Below are positions 10,777 through 22,700 of a stretch of 51,712 nt of DNA, piece after piece. A program made the translations under genes and the position numbers. Location: positions 1 to 51,712 of the forward strand of contig NMRA01001127.1 in NCBI GenBank assembly GCA_002633005.1, read 5' to 3'. Below the pieces are notes generated by a model. The model had not been told where the DNA came from, did not search any database, and worked only from the letters and a program-made list of their open reading frames with translations. This DNA comes from Phoronis australis (taxonomy: Eukaryota; Animalia; Phoronida). The first letter of the stretch is position 1, and every line of letters begins with the position of its first letter.

Positions 10777-13700
10777 CTGAAAGGTCACCACAGACGTTAT
10801 GACAACAGGCAGAAGTCATGGCAACAGCATACAGAGAAAGACATACCTAGTGATCCCCACAAATAAATCAAAAGTAAAACTATTCACTATCACACATAGA
10901 CACCCTCTGGCTGAAACTTGATGGGCTGAAACAGATCAAGTTTCAGTTTAATGTCGGTTTCAATTTTGTTTTGGTTGTCTTTCTGTTCATTTTTTGGACC
11001 AAATTGAGACAAATACCTCATCTATTCAGAAAGGTTTACCTCTCTGAAAAGTTATGATATCAATGTGGAAAAGTGTACAATTTTAATACTTTTAAACCAA
11101 AAATAGTGACAAACCGTAACTATATTTTCAATTCTGTAGTAACAAGTTAATCATTTCTAAATCAGCTACTTTGGTCATCGACTAAAATATGGTGTCTAGG
11201 CAAGGCCCAGCTTCTCAAAATCCGACCCTCACTCAACTCACTGCCTCTTTGAGACACAACTCTAAGAATGGTTTAACCTACTATACTCAGCCTAACCTCA
11301 TAACTCCCTGCCCTCAACTTACTGCCTCTTTAAGACACAATTCCAAGAGTAGTTTAGTCTTCTTCTTAAGCTGTTCTTCCAGCGCCACCTTGCGAGCCTT
11401 GAGTGCATTAAACATTTCTTTCTGAGCATTTCTCTGCCTTTCAATCTCTTCTATTGACACTGTAAACGGAGTTGTGAAAGGCCTCAAACATCCAGGAAAA
11501 CAAATCACCAAGTTAATGAACTACGGAGCAAACTCTCAGGCATGTAACAAATAAAAATTAGCCATGTTATTACAAATTAAAGGTTGCGTCTTACAATTTA
11601 GTAACACTTGAGAGAGATTGGTAGTAAAAAAATATGGATTAACAAGATCCAGAAGCCCTCTCTCAAACCAAAAACCGCCAAAATTTCAACTCAAAAGTTT
11701 CAAGCAAGTTCCATTGTTTCAAGTTGTTGATGTTATCCTCAATGGCAGATTCTTTGTACAGACCAAAGTTAACGATACCTCCATAAATGACCGCATTTGC
11801 CATATTACACAATTTACTATGTTGAACAAGCAGGCACTATCTCTCCAGCCAGACAGTTATCCCAGCACAGAGAACCAGTTTTCTCCACCCAACAACCAGC
11901 ATGAAACTGGTTCTCAAAACGTGGGCACGTTAATCTGACTACTGCCGCTTCTGTCCACACGGTCTTTCAACTTGGCAAACATTGTGCGACATGGAAGAGG
12001 TGGATTAAGTTGTTAGTAACACTGGTGACAAACTGCGTCAGTCTAACTATGGACCAGAGATGTTTGTATCCAATCATCGACAACTCGTAATCAGAGCAAT
12101 GAACTGACTTGCTGGAACTTAGGTCAGAGTTCAAGAAATAAACAGAAAACAGTTCAAATAGAAAAAAAAAAGTTCAAGTCCAAAGTGACGCTATTGATAC
12201 TTACACTGGGTTTTCGACGAAGAGTCGTTAAGCGGCGCCAGGCTAGGACTGCTGTCGGCCCGCTGTAAGTCGTTGTCCTGACCTACTGACCCCGTCAGTG
12301 ACAGTGTGCTGTGGGAGATGTCAGCTGCTATCTCNTGGAGTGTTTACACAGACACACACATGTCCGATAACTCATGTAAGGCGGCGGTTGTCCCTCTGGA
12401 GTGTTTACACAGCCTCCTCTAGAACAACTTAACCCACTTTAAGTGGAGTGTTTACACAGCCTACCCTAGAACAACTTAACCGACTTTAAGTGGAGTGTTT
12501 ACACAGCCTACCCAAGAACAACTTAACCCACTTTAAGTGGAGTGTTTACACAGACACACACATGTCCGATAACTCATGTAAGGCGGAGGTTGTCTCTCTG
12601 TGCGTGTAAATGAAGATCCATGCGTACATAACCGCAGCTGACCATTACTTCCACCTTGCTCCACGATTGCGGCCAAAAAGGAATTAGAAGTGGTGCAAGT
12701 TACCCTAGTACAAGTTACCCCACCTCCATAAGGTGGAGTAAGTTGTCACAAGTGGGGTAAATTGCACTAGTTTAAATAGCGTCCAGACAACACTCAAACC
12801 TAGCACAATGATTCCATGAGCAACTTGTTCTAGGGCAACTCTATGTGTGCACGGCACTTTGGTCCCATTTGACATCAGAAGAATCAACAAAGTTACATTG
12901 TTGTCAACAACAAAAATACGAATACTGACGCCATTAAAATGGTCACTTATATACAGCTGAACACATCCTGTATAAAATTTGGCAAGCATGTTCTTTTGTA
13001 AAACAGTAAGTAAATATATATTACCATGGTATTAGTTCTTAAGACTAGCTGACCTAGTAAATGTTTATTAATAGTTAACAGCAAACAGGCAGTAATGTTG
13101 ACAATAAATTACCTTTTCACTACACATTACTGTCAAGACCATAGACTGTAAAGATGACCAATATATACTTGGTGAAGACACATGAATTATTCAGTTCCAT
13201 GAAATTAACACACAGGTTAACAGTTATCACATTACACCATGTTGTATTTTTAAGAGACCACAGTCCATCGTCACTTTTTTCTACTAACCAGTGTATAACC
13301 GTTTTTAAGCAACTACACAGCGATTTCTAACATTGTCAAGTATTTCCCAATTATCCACGGGCAAGGCAATCAGTCTTTCAAAAATTGAAAACAAAAAATT
13401 TTAGCAGTCATTTTTTGCGACATAAGAGGCAAATTACCGTACTCCCAAATCCTGTACTGAATTAAGCAAACTTGGGAATGTGAAAATCTGCCAGCATTTC
13501 AGAGTGGCCCCAGGTGGTAGTTCTCTGACCTTGAGACACTCCCAGTTTAGGCAAGACAATTAATTCTGAGACATGTTTTAACCTACAACTCCTGAGCACT
13601 GAACAATACCCACAACCTCTGTTTACCCAATACCAGTGGTTAAATTCTGTCCTATCACTACAGACCACAGACACTAACCACACCACTCACCAGNTTAAAT

Positions 13701-16700
13701 GGAGTGTTTACACAGCCTACCCTAGAACAACTTAACCCACTTTAAGTGGAGTGTTTACACAGACACACACACATGTCCGATAACTCATGTAAGGCGGAGG
13801 TTGTCCCTCTGTGCGTGTAAATGAAGATCCATGCGTACATAACCGCAGCTGACCATTACTTCCACCTTGCTCCACGATTGCGGCCACAAAGGAATTAGAA
13901 GTGGTGCAAGTTACCCTAGTACAAGTTACCCCACCTCCATAAGGTGGAGTAAGTTGTCACAAGTGGGGTAAGTTGCACTAGTTTAAATAGCGTCCAGACA
14001 ACACTCAAACCTAGCACAATGATTCCATGAGCAACTTGTTCTAGGGCAACTCTATGTGTGCACGGCATTTTGGTCCCATTTGACATCAGAAGAATCAACA
14101 AAGTTACATTGTTGTCAACAACAAAAATACGAATACTGACGCCATTAAAATGGTCACTTATATACAGCTGAACACAGCCTGTATAAAACTTGGCAAGCAT
14201 GTTCTTTTGTAAAACAGTAAGTAAATATATATTACCATGGTATTAGTTCTTAAGACTAGCTGACCTAGTAAATGTTTATTAATAGTTAACAGCAAACAGG
14301 AAGATGGGCAGTAATGTTGACAATAAATTACCTTTTCACTACACATTACTGTCAAGACCATAGACTGTAAATGTGACCAATATATACTTGGTGAAGACGC
14401 ATGAATTATTCAGTTCCACGAAATTAACACACAGGTTAACAGTTATGACATTACACCATGTTGTATTTTTAAGAGACCACAGTCCATCGTCATTTTTTTC
14501 TACTAACCAGTGTATAACCGTTTTTAAGCAACTACACAGCGATTTCTAACATTGTCAAGTATTTCCCAATTATCCACGGGCAAGGCAATCAGTCTTTCAA
14601 AAATTGAAAACAAAAAATTTTAGCAGTCATTTTTGTGCGACATAAGAGGCAAATTACAGTACTCCCAAATCCTGTACTGAATTAAGCAAACTTGGGAATG
14701 TGAAAATTTCAGAGTGGCCCCAGGTGGTAGTTCTCTGACCTTGAGACACTCCCAGTTTAGGCAAGACAATTAATTCTGAGACATGTTTTAACCTACAACT
14801 CCTGAGCACTGAACAATACCCACAATCTCTGTTTACCCAATACCAGTGGTTAAATTCTGTCCTATCACTACAGACCACAGACACTAACCACACCACTCAC
14901 CAGCCATTGAAGCCACTGCAAAACAATTTGTCTCAACTTCCAACCACAATAGTCCAGTCCCAACCTCCAACCACAATAGTCCAGTCCCAACCTCCAACCA
15001 CAATAGTCCAGTCCCAACCCACCGCACTGACCCACTTTCTTACTACAGCACCAGAAAAAGCAAACCCTCTTATGATGCATAAAACAACTCTCCTACAGTT
15101 GGTTGACATGGTTTGGCAAATAAGATACTTAAAATTCAAATCTAACCAAGTCTTCGTATGTGACACATGGGTATGAATCATGATCGGATAAAAAAATCCC
15201 CAAAGCAGCATGTTCTTGCATTGACTAATAATAATCACAGAAAAATTGAACTGGTGTCCTCAAAAAACCGCGGTCATCGGAATTCCTGCTTTTTTTAAGG
15301 TTTCTTTCATTGACTAAAAACAGTGTTTGTTAACAAAATTCAAAATTTTGTGAATCTTCCTTAGTTTTAATTCCAAACTATTCACTAAAAACCAAAGTGA
15401 TAAAAAAAACAAAGATTCATCAAGTTTAAAAGCGAGGAACGTGAAATTAGAGTACAGTAAAACAAACACGTTAACCTTTAGGCTGTGAGAAAGTACAAAA
15501 AACGCTGTCAGTTGATTGTATCGTGATCATATGTGAGGTAACAAATACCTAACACACTTGATCAAACAACTTCGTAAGAGGTTATACAGAAATAAGGCAA
15601 CAGATGGCGTATAACCTTCATATAACCTTCATATAACCTTTATGTAACGAGTCTGTCTGTGTATTTAACAAATTTCAAGTTTTTACAAATTTCTATAAAT
15701 ATTTTAAGTTCTTCCCAAATAGTACTTTGAGTGGAACTGTGATTCAGAATTACAATAAAAATGTGGAATTCAGCTGGGCAAAAATACAGAAAGTTTATAG
15801 AATTTCATAAAACAGAAAGTCTAGAATTTCATTTCTGACATTCTACCAATCTGCTATTACTTAACATCACCAAGTTTTTAGTAAAATTAAACAAAAAGAA
15901 AGGAAGGTTCACAGCAAAACGACGGCATCAATAAAATGATTACAATTTTTTGGACACAAACATTCAGTTTCAAATTTGAAGAATTCTGCAAGTTTTTATA
16001 ATTATCATTATGTTTGCTTTATGTAACTTTTGAAATTTTATAATAAAAATTGTTACAGTCCTCTTTTTGACTTCCTCTCATGCAGATGTGGAATATTTCA
16101 AAACCAATTTCCAAAAGCTGTTTGGAAAACAGTGCATAAAATATAAGTTTCATTTGGATATGATCAGTTGCTAATGAGATACTTAAGCTAAATCGAGACA
16201 TTTTTCTTCCATTCCCATAATCTTATTAGACTTGATCAGGTACATCTCAAGTGTTGCAACTAAAATAGTCATACCACAGATATGGCAAAGTAAGCTATAG
16301 TAAAACCATGGCAATTTTTGACAAAAACAAATACCAAAATTGCCTTTAATGTAGTAAAGTTCAGCTATTATTCACAAGCTTTTATCTGCAGTATAGAACA
16401 TGAAAATCTGGCAAGCCGTAACTTACATGAAAAATGAAGAATAAAAATTTCACTTTTCCGCCATTCCGTGCCCTAAATCGATAAGATTGTGACGTAAATT
16501 TTAACACTTTCCCACACTGACTTAACAATGAAAGAATGACCAGTGTCCAGTGCTAACACTGGTGGAGACAGCCAACCAGCAATGACAAGGATGACAAAAA
16601 ACAGATGGAGGAGGGGAAGTTGAGGTGAGCGTGGGCAGAGAGGAGAACACGAGCCGCCGCGGAAGACAAGGTTACGTATCTACGGACATAGTACATTATT

Positions 16701-19700
16701 ACCAGTATACAGCCGTGACCAGGACAGGAAGTGACAGTTTTTAATGACACATTATCACCACAGTGGCAGCATGCTACAGATCATCAACACTAGCTCAGAT
16801 CAATATGATGAGATGGCTCAACATGTAACATACTCCCTGTTGTCTGTATGATGAGACAAAAAGCCTAACAGCACATTCACTGGTGTGTGTAGGAATCTCT
16901 AGTCAAGTCAAAACAGCCACGAGGGGATGTTAAACCTTTGAGGATATCAAAATTCAGCACAAAAGAAAATTCAAACATAAAAAGACTTATTATAATTCTT
17001 CAGCTGTCATTCACACAATGACTAAAAATGTCAATTTTGTGACTTTTCAAAGGCCCACTACGATGCTACTAAGAAATATACAGTAACTAATTAAGTTTTA
17101 CCAAGAACTGCTTTATGCCAGTTACTACACCAGCTATGCTAATAATTAATAAAAAATAAGTTTTTAATGTTCCTCTTTAATTGTCAATTTTTAAAACATG
17201 AAATGAAATGATGAATTACTTAATTCAGTTCACATTTGGTAGTTCACTGCTCACATTTTGGTGGGTTTGTGAGGAAGTTAAACAGATCTAAACATTTGAT
17301 AGAAAATTTTTAAAATTTCTTTTAATATACAGTGCTTGGAATAAATAACCAATGACAAAAGAGAGGAAAATTCTCCAGGTGATGTATCGTTCCACAAATA
17401 AACAGGCTTGTGTGATACAAATATTTTTGGTATAAAGTTTTAATAACTGAAATAAACATTTTTGTATGCAAAAAGTCAAAATAATGATGAAAAAGAGACG
17501 GAAATAGAGGAATCTGGAAATGAAATTAGATTGATTAAATACATGACACTTGTCATTATCCTGTTCCGTTAGTAACCTTGGAACAAAGTTCGATACTCAA
17601 CAGAACATAGGTAAAGCAACTGACCAAGAGACATGATTACAAGACAGCGATATTTAGAAACATACTTGTTTCATTCTCAAGTGGAAATAAAATGACGCAG
17701 TAATACCACAACAGAGCAAAACGTGAAGGCATACACAGTGGGACACGGCGGGTGTGAAGTACTGCAAAGAATGACAAATGAAGGAGGGGTAACAGGAAAG
17801 GCACGCAAACAAGTGTAATGTGTGGCGCGACCCTGTTAGCTGCTCATTAAAAACAGGCTTCTGAAATGCAATCAAAACGGACTCCAATACTTTCAATTGC
17901 AGCACATCGTGCTCTACATACCGAATTGACGTATTTTCCACAATTTCTTGACACGTGATTTTATGTTTGTGACATTGCAGAAAATGTTCTTGAATGGCGC
18001 CATTTTGAAGATGCACAGGAAAGACTGCAAACCGTTTGACCAATGAAGCTCTGCTTGACATTTGTGTCATGTATTTAATCAAATTTGTATAACAGAAAAC
18101 TTGCTCCCGAAGTACAGCCAAATGAAATAAGAGGAAATAGAAACCAAAAAAGAAGAAATTCTCTTTAAAGAGGAAAATTCCATACCCGGAATACCTTTGT
18201 TTACCCAGAAATGGTATTATTAATGAAGAATGGTGGGATTGGGTGACCTCAACAATTTATCCCCGCGATGTAAATCCCAATACATCATACAGAAATAATA
18301 AGTACCCCTATGTTGAAGTGGAGCTCATACTAATTGGGCGTTTGAGTAACATGAGATTATTATAAAAGGGGGATGGAGGTATGGGGAAGGGACTTCCATA
18401 CACATTCACATAAACACTCCCTCGGACTGAAATGACTAAACTTGTATACATTTACATAGGCATATCTACACGCAAGCATTGTCACTTACTTTACAGCAAG
18501 ATGAAGATGTGGTTAAAAACAGTGCTCAAATCAAAAGGATAAATTACATTGTTTTATTTATTTTTGATTGAACACGGTTCGTATAAACCCTTTACAAATA
18601 GAATCCCTTGATTTTTTTCCCTAATTTTCCGTGATTTTNACTTTCAATTGCAGCACATCGTGCTCTACGTACCGAATTGACGTATTTTCCACAATTTCTT
18701 GACACGTGATTTTATGTTTGTGACATTGCAGAAAATGTTCTTGAATGGCGCCATTTTGAAGATGCACAGGAAAGACTGCAAACTGTTTGACCAATGAAGC
18801 TCTGCTTGACATTTGTGTCATGTATTTAATCAAATTTGTATAACAGAAAACTTGCTCCCGAAGTACAGCCAAATGAAATAAGAGGAAAAAGAAACCAAAA
18901 AAGAAGAAATTCTCTTAAAAGAGGAAAATTCCATACCCGGAATACCTTTGTTTACCCAGAAATGGTATTATTAATGAGCAATGGTGGGATTGGGTGACCT
19001 CAACAATTTATCCCTGCAATGTAAATCCCAATACATCATACAGAAATAATAAGTATGTTGAAATGGAGCTCATACTAATTGGGCGTTTGAGTAACATGAG
19101 ATTATTATAAAAGGGGGATGGAGGTATGGGGAATGGACTTCCATACACATTCACATAAACACTCCCTCGGACTGAAATGACTAAACTTGTATACATTTAC
19201 ATAGGCATATCTACACGCAAGCATTGTCACTTACTTTACAGCAAGATGAAGATGTGGTTAAAAACAGTGCTCAAATCAAAAGGATAAATTACATTGTTTT
19301 ATTTATTTTTGATTGAACATGGTTCGTATAAACCCTTTACAAATAGAATCCCTTGATTTTTTTCCCTAATTTTCCGTGATTTTCCAGACAAAAATTCTCC
19401 CCCACAAGAAGTCAAGAAGAGCTTCAACCAGCACACCTTCATTACCATGCAGTGTCGCTACGACAGTTCGACTACAAAGTTCCATGATTAACCAGTTAAC
19501 ATAGCATTCAGTCTTAGGTCACATAAGTAAAAATTTTCGATCCGACATGGTATTTACCCCATTTTTATACCAGAAATGAATTCTTAGTAACAGAAATAAA
19601 GACACCCATTACTTTTTTTACACAGATTCATTAAATTTAAAATCAAACTTCATGACTTTCAAAACTCAATTTCTCCAGTTCCTCGACGATTATGCAATAC

Positions 19701-22700
19701 AAAGGGGCACATAATCTCCGGTGAGTTCAGTGACACACTAATTGAATTTCTGTTTTTTAAACTCGTCATCTCAGCTGCCGAACTCATCTTGGCAAAATCC
19801 AAACTCATTACCATCTGATCAGACCAAACTAAGAGGAACAGAGTAAATAACATTTGAAGTAACCTCTACAAGAATTATCTCAAAACCAATTTCCAGGAAC
19901 AACAGCGCCAACATAGTCTCCTACGGCTTTTTACTTTGAAAAACCGATTCACGCCAGCTCATACCCACAACAAATTATTGTAATGTGGCATTTTACAAGC
20001 CAGCTCACGCGTCAAAGCACAAGGCAGCAAGCACAACTATACCTGGTTTCAGCACCAATTCACAATGGCAGCCAAAAATGAAAAAGTCCACTTACGACTT
20101 ACGAGACATTTAACACGCGACAATGACAATTCTTCGACATCATTGATAATTCCCTATCTGTTCACCTGATACATCTCCTGAGAAAAATGATACACGATTC
20201 ATTTTAGGAGAGTAATCCACAGGATGTGAAACCTTTGTTAAATAGCAACAATGTTGTGCACCTAATGTTAAATTGACAACATACTGTTACAACTATAATG
20301 ATGAAAACAGCAAACAAATCCCCTTCTCAACAGAGGTTGATGAGGCATTCTGCGAAATTTCTGCGCACACCGTAAGGGACAAATAGTCTAGAATCTCCCC
20401 AGAACACTTTCATTGCAAAATGTGCCTTAATACGAATTATATGCTTCTTTTGACATTTCTCTTGATTTTTTAATTGCTCACAACACTATCAAACCACACC
20501 ATGTCAACTTATACTCTGGTTGCCGATGTTGTCAAAAATCTAGTTTAGTGCAGTTTGGTTCACCAAACCAAGTGAAGAACATTATTCACACTGTATGCTG
20601 TGTGGACTGACACATGAAATTCAGGATACCATTCTGGGCCCAGAGCATCCTACCTCACTACTGAGGTGAGGTGCAGAAGTGAAATGTCCGCAGTTTGGCA
20701 TGTTGTACAGTAGTTACGTAAATTTATTAACTTTTCACGAAAGATAAATTTGTATCTTTAACACTTTGAACATTTGTTTTGAACATTTCGTACTGAAGGA
20801 ACATTATACAATTTGCGAACATTTATATCAATATTAGAAACCTTGAGAAAAAGACAAAATGCATTCATTGCAATAAGTTTCATACAAAAAGAGATTTTGT
20901 GATACATGTTCTATGAATATGCAGTGGTTTCAATAATCTGCTGAAAGTTTTTTAATTTTAAAATCAAATGGCATCCTTTGTATTATCAAACATCAAACAT
21001 TGCAGAGTGTCTGTCAGCAACCACAAATCACATTCAAAACTAAACTCCTGTGGTTTCACTCAGTTTACAAGCCATTTCATGAGAATCTATCTTTAGAACT
21101 GAAAACTTTAAGTAGGCTAGAGGAATTCAATATTCTAGAATTGGATTGCATGCATGACTATTGCCTGAGGATTGAAATTCATGAAGTCTGCCTGATGTTG
21201 AAAAGTCAGCCATAAACCAACAGTTTTCCCACTGATGGTCAGAAACACATGTTTTAGTTTCCAAGTTTGCCTTGTCAATCATCTAACATACATGGAGCTG
21301 TTAGCCCAACAGAGATATATTTACACGCTAATTGCTAATATTTCTCTAAATGAGCACCGTGGGATAATCTGTCTGTAATTTGGGACATGGAATGACAATT
21401 TCCGTTCTTCAAACACTGGCGATGTGCCCAAACACAGATATCAATGTAGCTACCCTAGTTACATCCAAAATGAGGAAACTTGCGGTAATTCTGCACTTGT
21501 TTCGCAAAATAGTAATTACCAAAATCGTCATTTTCTATTTTCTATTTTTCATGGCCTGATTCCTTAACTGCAAATAATGTGAAAATAACCCATAACTGTT
21601 TTGTGACATCTCCACAGTACAAACCATGCTAGTAATAGAGTAAAATTTTCTTAGTTATTTATTTTTGTGGGGAAATTTAACAAATAGAACTTCACTTGTC
21701 AGCCGAACCGAGTGCTAAGAAAGTACACTCTCCAGCACGGATGGATTCTGTACACTTTGAATAAAGACAACAACTTTTCTAAAAGGTAGCGACCTGATTC
21801 GGTGGTAAAACATTCACCATTGTAAACTGTTGTTAATGCCCAAGTTCAAAGACTGCCGCTCAAATTTCCAAAATTCACGTTTTTAAATGCCGATGCCCTG
21901 ATTAGCGGCATAGTGCCTACCCCCAAATTATACAAAGGAGACTTCCTCAGGAGACAATGCCTTTGCGAATGCCCATTTCACATGAATTATATCTCCAAAA
22001 CATACATTCAGGAAAACAAACAGTCAGTTTCAGGAACACCTTACCATATCCGGACAGGAAAACACTGAGTTTTTACAGAAGACATCAAACGATTCTCTGG
22101 GATCGTGCGCATTTTAATATTATCATAAATATGAGCAAAAATAGCGAGGACACATGCACGAGTATATAGACTGTTTGGATAGCGTTCACTTTGACTTCTC
22201 TGAAAATTTCATTTTAGCACCTATGTTGGGCTTAACCCCCACCCAAACCCTCATTGCTACGTTCCTCTATTTAAGCGTACTGAGCACTAACTCGGGCGAG
22301 TATGACAAACGTTTCAACACAGACAAATACAACCTAACAACAAAATAAACTCTTACAGCCTTGGAGTAAACTCAGGTGTAATTTCTCAACACATGATTTT
22401 CTCTTGGGCAACCGTTCTCCCAGATTACCGAGACGGTGCAGTAGATCTTACCAATCCATTATTCAGAAGAAACCCCCTTTCGGCGTAGACATACCTTGTA
22501 GTGGTACATGACCACTCAAGGTAAATAACCACTGCCAAGTTGCCTAAATGAGAGACGTACTGACCAACAGACAGATTACAACAGTACCCTTGCCACTGCC
22601 ATGCCAACAAGCCAACACGACTTTTTTCCATCTGCTTGCAGTACTAAAGCTGTGCCACAGACTGACCACTGACCACATCAATGACAATAACTTACCTTTT

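Noticed and set aside
12336-12600. Repeat-spacer-like pattern and a PPPY-encoding frame on minus
   Set aside because: The intervening sequences are themselves repeated (compound minisatellite); the best acceptor gives an in-frame stop and there is no homology support.
12705-12989. 94-aa hydrophobic ORF conserved in two copies (also 13916..14200)
   Set aside because: The conservation reflects the haplotig duplication; it has a non-ATG start and overlaps repeat-like ggggtaagttg sequence.
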